Assembly (NCBI GenBank): GCA_000934665.2
Contig: JYFJ02001049.1
Coordinates: 1-64,000 of the forward strand
Source of the DNA: Catajapyx aquilonaris
Lineage: Eukaryota
Direction of reading: 5' to 3'
DNA: 64,000 nucleotides
The notes beneath the pieces are model-generated. The model made no database searches, was not told the DNA's origin, and saw only the letters and a program-made list of their open reading frames with translations. Position 1 is the stretch's first letter. Every line of letters starts with the position of its first letter. Shown here piece after piece: positions 28,501 to 44,100 of the stretch. The translations under genes were made by a program, and so were the position numbers.

Positions 28501-31500
28501 GTAATGGAGCACAATAACTGAAAAGGAAGTTAGTAGTCTTACAAGTTAGTCGTTCACATCACATACCTGGTGTAGAATTAATTCCCGAATCACCGAAGGG
28601 TTTAAAATCAAGTGATGTGTATTATCTGTCATTTTTTCAAACACTTTTATCAGTGTCATTATTGAAGCACAACAAGTGTAATCAGCAATACCTCTCAATA
28701 TTGCAACAATTGTAATACTATATTGCTTCCTTGCAACAAAGCAAATAACGTACTATTTTTCATAATGTGATGGAGGGAAATGATAAATATTAGCATCTAT
28801 AAGTAATTATTACACATATTGGACATGTTCCTTAATTGTCACCTTGAATGATTATCTCAAAATTAAAATTTCATGGTTTATTACTTTTGCACATAACTTA
28901 TCTTCCAAAATTTAATTGCCTTGTAACAGAGACATTCACAAATTAATTTTATGCCCTATACATGTGCATGTACTGTAGCCTACGTATATACTTTTGAGAT
29001 TTTGTTCCCTTCCGAACTACTCAGCAGATTCCAGTGAAGGCTGCTGAAGTATCTGTAAACAAAGATATATGATATGTTTACTCATCACTGAACCATTATG
29101 TCACTGTACTCGGAAAATCCCCTTTCTCCAAGATGACTCTACTGTGCTTGTCAGCTAGAGATATCCTGGAAATCTGAGAAATCCCAAGATTAGCGAAGCA
29201 ACACGAGTTGTAAGCATCTTGTCCTGCAGCTGTCATAACCGTGCTTGCGGCTTTGTTTCAGAAGCCGAGAAAAAGTTACCTTTCTCCAATCCAAATAGAG
29301 AATAAAATATGGGATATATCTTATTTTTGAATAATATTTCAAGTACTGAGAGAACATGCAGAATATTTGAACTTGTCAATAATACTGTCTAAAATACCTT
29401 ATTCATTGTAAGAAAGTATTGTTTGTCGCAATTATTCTTTCTCGACATAATATGATGAACAATAATGATACAGAAAGCAAAATGTGGATAATTGTAACAG
29501 TACGACATTTTTTCTGTAAGCTCTTTAATACAGAGAAGCATGAGATGAGATGATATAGACGCTGGCTTGTAACACTGTACTTACCAAAAGTTTTATTGTA
29601 CTGTAATAGTCATATTACTACGCAAATACGTTGTTTTCCTTACCAAGATTATACAAGTAATTCATAGAAAAAAGTAAAGGAGAAGGTTTTATCCTGAAAG
29701 TATAATATTTGCTAAGGAAAGTGCCTCGATTTAAAGAGCCAATAACAGATCATAAGACAACCTGTCTGGGCTCTTAAAATGTTATTCCGCATGATAGATA
29801 AAAAATAACTCGTGCCTGAGTATCAAATAATCTTCGATTGAACCATAAAGCTCGAAGAAATCATGATTGAAAATGTGGAATTCAAATATTTGCTCCGAAA
29901 GGATTTCTCCATGGAGTCAGCTTTATTAGCAATTCTGCGGTGAACTTTTAGTGAAGAGTGGCACACGGAATGAAAAGTGCACATGTCGAAAAAGGTACCA
30001 GTCGCTCTTGATTTATTCAAAGTAAAACGGCTCGTTCCGGTTTTTAGACCTTGATGGAATCCTAGCAATAATTTTTTCCTCCTTTTCTCGAATCGTAAAT
30101 TCGTCAGCATTCCCTATACCGTTCCCCCATTGATATTCAGGAAGCTAGTAAAGTATATAGGCTCCTGATCCATGCAGTCGAGGAGAGAGAGCTAGGTGGA
30201 ATATCGCATGTGAAAACAGGCCTAAAAAGTGTGCCGTGCGACTTTGGCTGTTCTTTCGCATAGGGAAGAGACATTCCATCTTTGTCACCCTGACTTCCTC
30301 TGGAGTGTTTTGCTTTCATTGCCCTCCTAGGCTTCCATATATCACACAAGGTGTGTAGACCTCTCTTCCTCTTCCTGTATAGCCTGAGAGATGTGGGCTT
30401 CACCATTTTTTCTCTTCGTTTTTTCTGCTTCGTACTTGGGCCATCCTTTCCTTGCTTCCTTCCTCTCCGTCACTCAAGGAAGCTCGGGTCTTTGGGTCCA
30501 TTCCATCTCACCCAGAGAAGAGGCGAGAGGAATTTTAAGTCGACGGAGCAGCCGGGGACTGAGAATTCTTATATTTGGACAAAAAAAAGGAGGGGGTCGT
30601 TTTGTATGGGAGGGCTTTTCAGTGATATGTCATCGCCATTTCTGGATTACATTCCTGTAAAGTTACTATATATTTGGTTAGGGAGCATGTCGCGATGCAG
30701 CAACAAAGTGGTTGTGTTGGCGATGGCTGTACCGTTATCAACTTGGAGGATTGTCGCGATGTGAGAAATCTTGCTGGAGTTTCTGCCAACTTCAGGAGGC
30801 CTTGTCAGAGAAGCAGAGTCGTCTGTCATGCCTCCTGGGGCCCAGTCGAGATGGTGAATCTGAAACAGACACAACCAGAGCTCCATTTCGACTTGTCGCT
30901 CTTTTTCTGCTTGGTTCGTCGTCGCGGCTTAACGTTTTCATACAAATTCCTAATAAGTTTTCCGTCGGTCTCCCGGGGTTTTACGTACCGCTGCCAAGCT
31001 GTCGGACTCACCTTTATAGCCAGACGCACTGGGATCAAGATGCGGTTTGGGCATTCATGTACGTTATCAAAATCCAGGGTTTTTGGCGCGTTTTTTGTGC
31101 AAATCCGTCGTTCTTTAGTAGAGGCTGAAAATAGTGTAGTCTGATGGAAATGAGTTTCCAGCTGGCCTGGTACGGCTCAGTAATTGGATGCAACCAAAAG
31201 CTGAATGGCGTTCCCCAAATTGTTGGACTAACTAAGTCGTAATGCGGGACGATCCCTGCCTGATCCAGTGCAAGAGGTGGAATAAACATGTGCCGTGAAT
31301 AACTTGTGGGCTAGTAGTTCAATTGATTGTGACTCTTATGCTATATTCGTGTTTCGGTTCTCTAGAGCCTGCTTAAGGTCTTTAAGAGGCTTGAGAGGCC
31401 GTAATAAGAGAAAAGTGTGTTTTGGCATGCAAAAGGAGCATAAAGTCATGGCAACAAATTAACCAGCCTTGAACATGCAAGTGGGTCGTATTAAATTTGT

Positions 31501-34500
31501 TACAACAAAACTGTTCTTGGGCGATACTTTAGTGTGTTTCTTCTGCTACGTTAAAATCCCATTAAGAAAACTAATATCACTTTACAAATTGCTAGGAACG
31601 AATCTGCTTAATTTCTTGTGATAACGAGATGGAATTTTGAAAAAGACCTGCAATGGTTTAAAGCGTTGTGCATAATGGCTAAGGCATGAACGGTGAATAC
31701 AAAGTAGGGTTCCAACATGGGAATGCAAATTATCCGCCTTTCCTTGAAATGTTATGGTGGAAAAAGGAGGTAAGAAAAAAATAACATTGAAAGACAGATC
31801 CCCAAAGAGGGTTTTTGTCGGTTTCAGTTGTGTCACAAGGCTCGCTATCTGGTTGTGCCACCTTCGCAGGGAATTTCGACTTCTCCGGAGAATAGGTCGT
31901 GGTTAACCGACCACAATTTCCTGTCTCCCTTTTCCCCATATCGGTTGGAATGTCTTGCTATGCCATATTTACCGGCCACCAGGGAAGAGGGTTGCTTGCT
32001 GTGGGGTAACCCTTTTTGTCACGGGCGAGTCATCTGTAAATAATTTGCCAGCTCCGTTTGGAATTGAGCTTGGGAGTTGCCAATCAGGCGCCCACATCCA
32101 AGGGAAACATTTCTTCGGAGGATTCATTAGGCAAACGGGGAGAGGGCGGACTATCGGCTTCAAACGATACTTGGAGCAGCTTTGTACTGCGTAGATTTCA
32201 AAGACAAAAGGGAAATTCCGGGGACTAGCAAATGCAACTTAAGTCACTTTCTTGGTCGTTATTCCTCATGCGTCGCCGGGTCCAAGACCTCGAGTCCTTT
32301 GCTACACCCTGCACTTTCAGGACCAATTTCGATCTCCTTGGCCCAATTAGGATGGCGGGGTTGGAACTGAAGGGAAGTGCATGCAGATTAGGGAGAGTTG
32401 AGTTGTCGCCAGGCATGACTGAAAACCTTCGACATCCGTCTGCCATGCACGAATATTACGAGCTGGCAGGTAACCACGGAAAGATTGCACGTCCTTTTCA
32501 TTCAGCACCCCCGAACCCTGCGGATAATCCTGGACGTAAAATCGAATCCGGTTCTTATTACACGGTACTTCCGCATTCCAGTTTGGAAGTTAAATAGAGC
32601 GGAATAGCCGCGTGTTTTTCTTTCAGAGCTTACGGCCATTTAACTATTACCATATCAATCATTCAAGCTTGCCTAAGGGCATTCCATGCACGCAATCTTT
32701 CTCAACTACTGAGGCTCGTTGTCTTTATTCAGCCATTAATATTAGCCCTCTTTAAGTAAGCCGATTTGAGCAGGTAAAGTTCCTGTGCAGAAGACCATCT
32801 CAGCCTGGGAATGCCGAGTATTAAAGTGCCTAATTACCTCGGTCGCAGTAATTTTACGGGCGGGCCACCCGATTCTCGTTTGCCCTCCTTCATTCCGTCA
32901 TAAATACGTCGCTTATGGTCGCCCAGACTTTCCGGTGAAAGCTAGTTAAAGCAGCCTTTTCCCTGGGTTGACAACAATTATCGTCCGTATAAGTCCGGAG
33001 AGCCTGGCTGAGTTTGGTTGCTTTTTCATTTCCGGAAATGAAGAGCCAAGTGCCTTGCAACCTCCCGCTTTTTTGGGTGGAAAAAGCTTCAAGTGATATA
33101 TGGCCCCATGGACTTGGAGGTCCTAAAAAAAATTCTTAACCAGCTCGAAAGCACTGGAGAAGATCGAGCCCAGCACCCACTTTTTGGAGTGGGTATAAAA
33201 CAGAATAAGTGCTGAGGGGGGACCCCTGAGCGACAAGTGGCTGGCGAACACCCTTTAGTGACAGCCTTATGGTTCCGGAATGGAATAGAGCGTTGCTCTC
33301 CAGGGAGACGCTGACCGAAGTTACTATTTTCCATTCCTGGAAACCGAAAAAGGTATAACTTGAGACGGCCGATATCAACATTGGGTTTATTTTGAGCTTC
33401 TGTAGCTGGACTCCAGAGAGATAGACAACAAAAAAATGTCGGTCGCTTTTTGGTGGGGGAAAGAAATCGCATTTTCGCTTTCCTGTGGGTATTGGGTAGG
33501 ATTTCTGCCAAAGGATGAGGTGAGACCAGCTTCATCATTTTTCGGAAGGAATTTTTACTCGGCCGATAGCGATCTTCTGGCGACGCTTGCGCTTCTGTTG
33601 CCAGAACTTGATTACTTTGGCCAGAAGATTTATTTCTTTTCCCACTCTAGTGAATTATAGAAACTCTATACCATCTGCGGTTATTGGCAGAAAATACAGC
33701 TTCAGAGCGTCACAGTCTGGTTGTAATATACCAACATACTGTAGACCTATTCTGTCATTAATCCTGACAGGCAAAATTGGCACAAGAGTTATTGAAGCGG
33801 ACTATTACAAACCTGACACCCTGTCCCTGATATGCACCAGTACTTTATCGCATCGACCACCCTCACACTATTTATTCGCAAGCAATCGTGTTGCGAATCA
33901 CCAATGACTGTATAACACGGCCGAGTAAACACATTCCAGTAACAAATATGCAACCCATTCCCAAAGAGACTGCTACAACCCCCGTTTTTTTAACACTCCC
34001 CCATTATTCACCAGCGACTGACGAATAGATGGTCTATGGCAAAGGGTAATGATTCCTCCACAAATTCCGGCGCTGTTGGTGCCAGAGGACGAGAGAAAAA
34101 TAGTGTGTAGTGGGGCGTGAAAAGTGGAGCTATGAGTTTGATTTAGGGTCGGACAAGGTGGCCGAGAAACCTGGGAGAGCATTCATGAATAGTTTTCCGC
34201 GGGAGCCCGGCCTAGGACAGGGTTTAGACGGTGTGCTAGCCAGGGCCTAATCCGGCCAAGTGCTAGATCGATAGACAGGCCAGCTGCTGGAGAAAAAGGG
34301 AGAAAGGGAGCTGTCCAGTAAGAGAGTAGAAAAAACAGGGGGCTGAGGGTGCCAGAAAAGCCGCTGGAGGTCTGGGGACCACTTGTGGCTAAGCTACCAT
34401 CGATCCTTCACTCCGTGACACATAGGTTGGTTAGGCACTGAAAAGGCGTCCATACTGTATGTTTATATGTGAAAGGCACGCTTCACTGTGTCCAACCAGC

Positions 34501-37500
34501 AGTAGTCTCCAGACTCCAGTTCATTTATACGGGTCCAAAATCGCTGTGATTTGAGTGTTCGTTTTAATGTAGCAGTTGAGTTGGAAGCGGAACAGATATT
34601 GGGATTTGTTAGGTGCACCTGGCATTATTCAATGAGGAAGGGGAAAAAACATGAGGCACCCGTTAGGAGAATCCCAAACATTCCCTAATTTGCAATGCTA
34701 AATCACTTATTGGAAGGGAACGTGTGCCAAGTCCAGAAATCAATGATCTCCTGAGGAGGATTATGCGCTGCTGTTTTTAATCTACATGAAAACAGCCCGC
34801 CGTACCATATCAGGTTGAACGTTGTGCAGTACAAGGCGTTAAATATAAACGACCGGGATTGTCCGGTGTCGACATAGCAGAGATATTTAAAATTTAAAAA
34901 CCACGCCACGCAGAAACTCTGATACAGGTGGTGCAGTGCTGTAGAGAGGAAGGAGCATAAAAATAGGCCCAAACCGCAAACTTCTGCACATGGCCAGTTG
35001 CACAGCGTTGAAATCAGACTCGGACTGTTCCAGGGGGGAAGGTTGAAGAATTTTCATCAGGATTCTTGGTGTTTTCGGTGCCTGCCACGCTGATGAGGTA
35101 GACTTGCGTGGTCGTAATAGACTAAGGACGACTGCTTTTATTGCATTCTGGAGGAGTTATTACAGTACTTGCATGTGGCTACTCTGTCGCCTCCTGTAGT
35201 ACTCAAAGGCAAATGGAGGCTGTAATGTATTCCTCCCGGGAAATGTACTGTACGTTGGGCCACGACGTGATGCCATGTACTTGCACGGTGTACAGTGTAT
35301 ACCTGCCAGAAATGAGGTGTGGGAGCGGTATGCCCGCCTTTGGAGAAACTTCACCAAACTATTCCATTGTAACATCCAAGGGTTTCAACTGTATTCCAAC
35401 AACGGTCTGAAAATGGTTTCATATTTTTGTGAGAGTCAGGAAATTCCTGCAGTGCGGATAGGAAAGGCCAAGTTTCCTGGCGGCCATTGAAGTTTTGTTA
35501 TCGACTGGTGCCTCGGTAATTGGCTGAGCCGGAATTGCTCGAGAAAGATATCGAGAAGCCATTAAGAACACACCTAGCCGAGCGAGACGGGCTTTTAATT
35601 ACAGTGCGGCAGAGCCGGCTCGGAGTACAGTACGTCACTGGTACGCCGACCTGGAGCACTTGATTTCAAAACACTGGGTCGTAAATATATCCCAGGCTGT
35701 GGGGGTCAACAATTAGAAAGACTCCATTAGCCTTTGCCCCCTGTGTATTTTTAGTGAAGGGTTTTACGATCACTAACCTCCTGCTCATCACTGTCGGTCT
35801 AATCTAGAACGGTTTAGTGCCAGGCATAAAAATATTAGATGATGGCAGGCAAATCAGCTCACGTTTTGAGTTTAAAATGCCAATAGTAAGTGGTCAGGAG
35901 TCAATCAAGTGCGTCGAGTCTATAATTTAGTGTTATGGCACTGTTTTGTATCAGAATAGTCGGATGTTGGACGTTCCAGTTAATGAGACACTGACCTTTT
36001 ATTCAGTAAGTTAATTCAGTTTGTAGGCATTTGTGTCACATATCTATATAGCCATTGTTGGTATTGGGTAGTAGCTTGTAGCTATATACATATGGGCTAT
36101 TGCCTAAGTTTGTTAAAAATGAGGCGTGGTAAATGTGATTAGCCAATCAGCAAATCAATAGAGGATGCCCCAGAGAGTACCGGTACTTTCATTATTGCGA
36201 AATATACATGACTGAGCTGCTACAATTTCTAGATCAAATTTAGCCCTTCCCAATCCTGCAAAGCTGCAGTTAGTTTAAAATTCTGTGCGTAACTTCAGCA
36301 ATTATCTGCCCACTAATTAGCCCGTGCTTGGAGCGTTCTAGTCTTCTAGGCCTAGAGGAAATTGCTTGCTTGATTACAACTGCTCCTCGTGCCTATTATT
36401 GGTGACCGCCTCAGCACCCTTCCTATGGAGAAGCAGTGGACTGTTGATGAAAGTCAAGCAAGCGACGAAAAGGGATCGTAATTAGGCGGGTGCTCTCTGA
36501 ATAGTCCTCCAGTGCGCGGGGTTGAGAAAAGCAGAAGAGATTATGTGCAGTGAATTACCTAGCACTCGATTGGTTCCCACCCAGTTAGTTCAGAGTTTAA
36601 CCTCCGGTTGGTGACCGGAATTCTCCGGGCTCCTTTAATTACCCTACGTGCAAAGCTCCCCAACATGATTATTACTTTTCTCTTTTCTTCTTCAGGAAAT
36701 CGTCCTGGATGTTCGCCGAGTATTCGGACTCCTTTCGATGCTGGCCTGGTGAGTATTATGTCAGAGAACTATAGAGTGATAAAAAAAAACTTCATCATGG
36801 TGCAAATTTGCAATAGGACCGAATGATGAATTTAAACGACGGCGTCAGGTTCTCGCGCTCCGAGTAAAAGAAGAAGGGTAGAAAAAGGAACTTGTCAGAA
36901 TGCGAAAGAGGAAGACAATCAAATCAAGCGTAATGCCGAAAATAAGACACAGAATTCGTGGAGCCGGGGCGTCCGGAGGACAATCAGAGAAACTTTTTGA
37001 TGGTTGGCACACCCGACAAGTGCTTCGATCGAGCGGCACCGGGTTCTCTCGAAAAGTGACGATGAGTCAGGGAGATAGTTGCTTACTACTTCGCCACGTT
37101 CAAATTGAATTAACTTCTTAGATGGAGGAAACGTGTAAGGGGAGCTGTAAAACCAGAAACTCATTCTATGTTTTTTTTAGATGTTTTTTTCTTGGCACAC
37201 AAAAACGTGAAAGTTGACCACGTTTCGTGCTGCGGTACACTTGGGTTAACAGCCAGAAAAGGGTCGATTGCTCATCAATCACTTTAAGGTATCGATTGAT
37301 TAGACGTTAGGATTAGCATAGTATCGTTGGGCAATACCGAAGTTTAGGAACTTTCGTTTGAGAGAAAAAGTTTAGGCTCCCTCCAAGTTTCGGTTTTTAT
37401 CCCCTTCCCTGCCCAGAATTTAATCAGTGGTAGGAGACACTAGGAGCATACTGAACGCACATGACGCCGCTTATGTTGCTTTGTCCCCCTACACAATTTC

Positions 37501-40500
37501 GGGGGCGTTTGAGAGAGGAAGAAGCGTGATGCGTCGCGAAAAGATGAAGTGGTGTTTGTTCCAGGAGAATGCAAAGTGCTCGTCTCTGGACCCCAAAAAA
37601 TGCGGGACGAGCGAGATGAGCAGACTTCTAAAGCATTCCGTTCGAAATACTGTGCCATGGCTGATGTAAGCCTGTACACCTATATGTTATTCATCAGCCA
37701 GTTCGGAATGTGGCTATCGTCTACCTCCGTCTCTGGAAGTGAACTAAAAAAAAATAGAACAGCTCATCCGGGATGATAAGACCGTGCACCTTATTACGGT
37801 CCGCAGTTAAAGTGGTTCTATCTCATTCCCTGGGCCGAAAGAAGAGAGAATCGGAGCAAGATTGAGTTACGTGGCTGCAGGCTTGGCTTTTACGGTGCAT
37901 TCTCTTCCACGTCGTCATCCCCCGCTGATTTGACGACTAGCCCACCCTGGGTGGAGCCCGGGTTTATATTGCACTTGGGAAATGGTAGCTCTTTTTCTAC
38001 GCAAGTCGTTCGAGCCACGCCTATACACCGGTCAATCTACTCTAGCCGGCTGTATACTACAATATGCGGTTTTAATTGCTCCAAAAATCGTGTCAAGGTT
38101 TGGCTATATAGTAGGCATGCAACGTCCATAGCTCACCGAAGGTGAAAGCCAATAATAGGCTCGGAAAATAAAAGGCAAGGAAACTCCACAGCTGTTTCTT
38201 GAAAGGAGGTATCACGTGACAAAAAGGAAACCCATAAACGTCAGTATCCTGCTTCTGTGCTTCATCTTGTTCAATGTGTACCTAGAAACGCGAAACAAGA
38301 ATGCGATGCTGTATAATCGCTCATCTGTCTCGCGGCCTCCCCTACCCTCCCAATTCGTCTCCATGGCATTTTCCGGTCTCGTGCCTGGATTTTCCGGGAG
38401 GCCGCAGCTGATGACGATAACGATATCGGAGGCTCATCGTAATGGAATAAGGGCGCCTAATGCCGTGTTTTCAATACCACATCATTTTCCGGAGGCGAGG
38501 CTGATGCCGAAACTTTATGTAGATGCGCTGTTTTCCAACCAACAATTAGTTCTTCATGCGCAAATTTTCTATGAATTTATTATGACGGCAGGGGGGGAAA
38601 AAAAGGCGGATGCAATAAATATACCAGGCGATTTCCGGGCAATTTCGAACGCCTTTGTCAGCTGACGTAATCCGTTCCTGTAATCTGCGGAAGCCCATTG
38701 CACACATCTGGCGTGATGTAACGCTGTTACGTGCTACATTGGTCAAATGAAACCTCACCGCCCAAAGGAATACAAATTAGAAACGCCCTTACACACACCA
38801 AACACCCTGTTGTTTAAATGTTGCCGCGGTTAATCACCAGATAATAGAGTACAGGTTGTTGGCCTATGTATTGTGACATCCCCAGCATCCAGTTGTGAGT
38901 TTTGCCGGCAGGTGGCGTGAATTCAGGGGTGGACCTGGGAGCAGGTTTCAAGTTCTGTAGAGAGTCGTGAGACGGCCGGACACGAGGCTACTGTTGACAA
39001 CTCTGAGAGACGCCTTGGAGACTGGAGGAATGACCTCAGCAGGTCACTTCTCAAAGTTCAAGTAAGAATAGGACCTGCCTGATTGTTTTCCCACATGGCA
39101 ATGGCAAGTACTTCTCTGCAGCCATGGATAAAAATAACTTAACTGACGCAAGTGTTGAAATGATAGACGTACAGCGGCGCTCATTTGTAGGCTGTGAGTT
39201 GGAATTAGGGTCGCGGCTAATTCTGCGCCATTATGCAGGCCAGATTTGGCGTGACAAGGCAGTCAACTGAGCGGTTTTATCACCAGGCATGTCTGAATTA
39301 ATTGGTTTGCATTTGGCGGTCGCCATCAAATTATGCGCGCATCCAGCGGTATTAAACGGGATGAGTCGTTCGCTATTAGTCAGTGACGCATTTTCCACCT
39401 AAAGGTCTAGTCCTTGAGCTTCGCCTGATTTGAATAAGTCCGGCCTGGCTTTTTGTTCCGAAGCTGAGAGGGGGAAAAAAAGAGATAGCATATGCAGGGG
39501 GGGTTCGAAGGGAGTATATGGGAGGGGACACTTGGAAAACCCCGATGCAGCCAGTGATGAATTGGAATGGACGCTATTAACCCCTGCGAGCCCCTTCATT
39601 AGCGCCATTCTTCGTTATGAAACGGCCTGGAATAATGGCCACAATTAAGCCCCACACGTCGAGCCAACCTGCAGGGGAATTCCAGCTGGAGCTGCTATGC
39701 TTGCAAGAGAATTTTGACTAATATGCCGACTTAGAATGATAATCGGTTCCGTCATTTGTGATTGTGGGCAAGAAAAAAAAAATTGTTGGAAAGGACATTT
39801 TCATTGGTAGTGTATAATGGCCGGAACTAACTGAACGGAACTTTTTGTCATTACGGAAATAATGTCTTCTTCGTACAGTATACCCACCAGCACCAGGGAT
39901 AGAACTGACTGCGAAAAGTGCATTATAAAGTTTCTTTATTATCATGCCGATCATCATTCTTGTCTTGCCATCATTTACGATCCTTATATATGACTTAACT
40001 TAATCAGGTCGAAGTGTAAGCACATGTAAAAATTTCTTTTACGACATTATTTACACACCTCTATTGTGTGATCCTGTAATCATGCGTGAGACAATCTAAA
40101 CCACGTTATAACCTACTAAAGTTAAGGCTCTCACACTTTTATTACTTTTTAACACTTTTCATTTTGTTGTCCCCTGCGTGTGAACAGACATATGCGGTTA
40201 CAGCAAGTTAATGTGCCCCTGTGATATTAAAATTACCCAGCAGGCTAGGCGAAAACGAGTTCTCAAGCCAGCGCCTCGGTCTAGTACTTGCCACAAATTC
40301 TATTTAGAGCGCTTTTTAGTATAGGTTATATTCGTAGAGAACTGGAGGTTGCCCGAACACAAGCTTGCTCCTCCAACTTATGAGAACAGGGAGTATGGGA
40401 GTATATGAAAAGCCTTACACTATCGCATTAAGTAAAGTCTGTGGACCGTACAGGTAATTGGCTCAAGGCTGCGGTGGATTTTCAACCGCTATTTATAGCT

Positions 40501-41126
40501 GCTACTTGTCAAGCCATGTTTCACCAACAATTGCAGCAGTCCTAACCTGTTCTAACCTACCCCCTCTCCATTGCAAGAAAATAAACAGCAACCGGACTCC
40601 CCCGCCTCATATAATTTCCTCGATTCCACTTTCGGGTTTCCTTTGATTTACAGTCCCTGCAGAACGAATAGCATGGCCCTGGGTTGTTCCAAGGATAGTC
40701 TTCGCCTGGCATCCCCCCGTTGGAACAGCCATCCGCGGCCAGGTGTTTATTTCTGGAAAAGATGGATCGGCCTGGCCTCTCTCCACCAATAACGATTGGC
40801 CATTATTCTGAGGGAGCCAGGGACTAATCCTCCATTCCCTTCGGCGCATCCAACGCTAATCCCCCCGCGGTTAATAAACCGCCTCGTTTTTAGCATGCTC
40901 CAGTGAAACACTATAATAACCCTTTCTTCACCTGGGGCCTCGCCCGATTAGCTCTACACCCAGCCAACCAACCAGTCAGGACTGGGGGATATTATTCCGA
41001 CTGCCTCGTTCCTCATATTTTGCACCTCGTTTCTTTGCCTCCCTGCTTGAGAACAGGGTTATTAGCGGGACAATGGATATTTTATACCAGGGTTTAAATG
41101 AGGCGGAATTTGAACACGGCTCATTT

Positions 41127-41140
41127 CTGCCACCTGCTGG
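41127..41140 (-). promoter_or_regulatory. CTCF-like motif (CCAGCAGGTGGCAG)
   Basis: Exact match to the CTCF core consensus CCASYAGRKGGCRS. This is a motif match only. Confidence 0.4.
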
Positions 41141-44100
41141 GGCTCCAACAACAAGATGGGAAAAATAGTGCTATTGTTGCACTCGCTGTGGATTTTAAGT
41201 GAATTTTTTAGGGACTGTAGGGGGCGTAGTTCGTGGGCGTCTATCGCTTTTAGCGTGAAAGTGCACTGTCAGGCGCAGTGGGTAAGGAGATGAAACCCAT
41301 CGTTGCGTCTCTTTTGTGAGGGAGGGAAGTATCGACAGGCGAGGGAAATTAATACATGGACACCTCCCCTATTTACAGGATTTCTTTTTCATGCTGAGCG
41401 GTAACTCATTCATAGATGTTTATCCGTCAGTGGTGTGACAAATTGCTCTTTACACATAAGGAATCGATTGACATTGTTCTGTAGTGAACATGATTTAGAC
41501 CAGGGCACTGTATCAGGCCAGTTCGTAATTGACCGCTGGTTAATTATTCACACCTTGTTGAGGATGATTTAAGCTGACCGAAATGTTAATTGGGCTTTTC
41601 CCACAAATTTGCAGTTCTGCGTATTTTCCCAGAACTCGATATTGTTTGCATATAGGAGTTCACATCCGTGTGCATTCCCATCATGGCTGACCACACTAAG
41701 CAGATTCTAGTGTTCCTGTCCAGTTTCACCTTTAAAGCTGCACAATCGTTGGACTTTTTGCAGTCAGGTGATGTTTTAAACATTTTTGTTTCCAATGTCA
41801 GTACTTTACATTCGAAACAAAAATGTTTAAAACATCACCTGCTGACTACAAAAAGAGTGTCTACTTAGTTCATACATACGACAGCAGGTCAGTAGAGGTT
41901 TACAAATGCTTAGTTATAATTTAGCATGCCATTAATATTTCTTGTGGTAGGTTAATTTATGGCCAGGTCTTTATAGGTCTAAAGGAAGGCACCACTGTAG
42001 TCGATGCTGAATTTTAGCTTGAATGAAGTGTCATTTTTTCCCCCCTCCGTGGGTTTCTTTCTTCCGGAGGGGGTGAAGGTCGTATTAAATTAGCTCCCAA
42101 GCCATGGCCGCTTGAGGAAGGGATCGTAATTGCGTAGGAGGCAGAAAATCTCCCAGAGAGTGAGACCGAATGTGCTTCTTGGAAAAGAAAAACAGGCACG
42201 AGCTTTGAGCTGTGATTGTTCCTTTCTTTCATCTTTTTCCCCCCTGGCTCCCGGAGGATTTCCTTTTTCTCCAACAAAAAGTGTCTGCCATAACGCGTAT
42301 TGAATTTTTTACTCATGTCAATACCAAAGAAAAAAAAAGCAGATTTCCACGCCTTACATTAACATGTAGAGGTTCACTTGCGACCTGAAGGCGAAACCTG
42401 TGTGGCAAAATCTTGTGTCTTTTTAATCCGCTTATTTCTGCCAACCTTTTATGGGGGTGGTTGCTAAATTGAATTTTCTCTGTGCCTTTACCTGGTGATA
42501 TTCGGAGGCAGAACAGCCTTCGGTTAGGTTTACACGCTGGATGGATTCTCCGTACCTCTTTATGTATCAACCCGCAGCTTGGTTGTGCCTCGGTGTCGTC
42601 ACTATATATACCGAAAGACAATGCCGAGATTGAGTTAATGCTGTTTTCTCTGCGGCCGTTTTGTGGCCAAATCGGAGACCCAGACAAAAGCTGGTGGGAA
42701 GTAGAGCTCCCCCTAGAGGGCTTCACAATTCATATGAATCACCTGAACCAGCCTCCCTAAAGATTACTAATCGATTGTTAATTACCACTCCGGGCGAGAT
42801 GTGGAACACAAGTTGGGGCAATAACCTTGCTGGAAATGGGGACATTAACGGCGGAATTAGTGTAAGAATATGGCGAGTACTACGAATTTTAGGAGGCATG
42901 CCAATTCCGATTTTGATTGGATAAGAGCAAAGGGGTAACTGCCTCCAGAGTTTGCACGAGTTGCACAAAATTCCCCCGGAGGTTAATTAAACATATATCA
43001 CGTCAAGGCGATATCCGAGTGTCAAACTGGCAGTGGGTTGAATAGGCCAAAAACTGATGCGATTAAATTGCTACAAAACTGACGTCCGTAATCCTCGCCC
43101 TTCAACTTGCTCCCTATAGTAATACTAGGAAACCTGCTAAGGCGGATTACACTTGCCCTCGTTGATGGAAATAATCAATATGCCTGCCGACACACTTAAA
43201 ACAGCGAAGGTTGCTACAACTCCGATGTTCCCCGCCTCATTTCGTGCACACGGTTTTTTCTTCGCTGTTTTTTTTATCTCCTGAAAAAAGCACGGGTCGG
43301 GCGTTATAAGGTGGCACTTTTTCTTTATTCTTAGCGTCTTCCTCGTAACGAAGCAGGATCTTAATGGAGCAAGTTGATGAAGCCCAAAGTGTCACAGGCC
43401 TTGCTTTTCCCGGAATTAGAAGCTCCAGGCTGAGTTTTCTAGGAGGGGAATAATGTTATATGTCTAGCCAGTGCTCTTGTTAGATATATCTTAACTACCA
43501 TACTATACGAACAGAAACCCACACATTTTAACCAAAACCAATCTGCTGGTGGTTCATGCTGGGAAATATAAGGTTAGTGTTCAGCAGGTGGGGCGTCTTC
43601 GAAGTGGAGATTCGCTTCCTTAATAACTAGAGATTGAAGGAATTGATTTTACTTCTTCAGAATGGAAATGTCAAAATGTCAAGTCCATTAGTGCTGCTTT
43701 GGAAACACATTTAAAACTTTCAGCTTGAAAAGTTTGAGTCACCCTTTGATATTGCAATACGCTTACAATCGGATTCCAGTGCTTGCTATCACAGGTAGTA
43801 GCCTCGCTATTGATCGCCTGCAAAGAAGGTGTCACCCCCAACTGTGACACCAAAAACACGAACGGCTATGAAAATTGCAAGCAATAATTATAAAGCTGGA
43901 TACAATTACCGAGAACAAACGCGATCCTTCGCTCATTTATCGTGGGTTTCGTTTCATTTGGAGGTTTGGTTGTGCCAGGTCACAGCTGCTCTACAAATAT
44001 TTCTTCCATCCTATTTTTTTCTCTCCAAACCCCTCTGTTCTCTCCTGTTCTTCGTGGCGGCATGCAAGAAGTGTTATTTCGCAGCCTGGGCCCATGGAAG

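Noticed and set aside
30647..30859. Possible minus-strand exon after a good acceptor (ttgtgtctgtttcag|ATTCAC...), open for 70 codons
   Set aside because: The peptide is unrecognisable and there are no partner exons. It could be a lncRNA/UTR exon, but that cannot be supported without RNA data.
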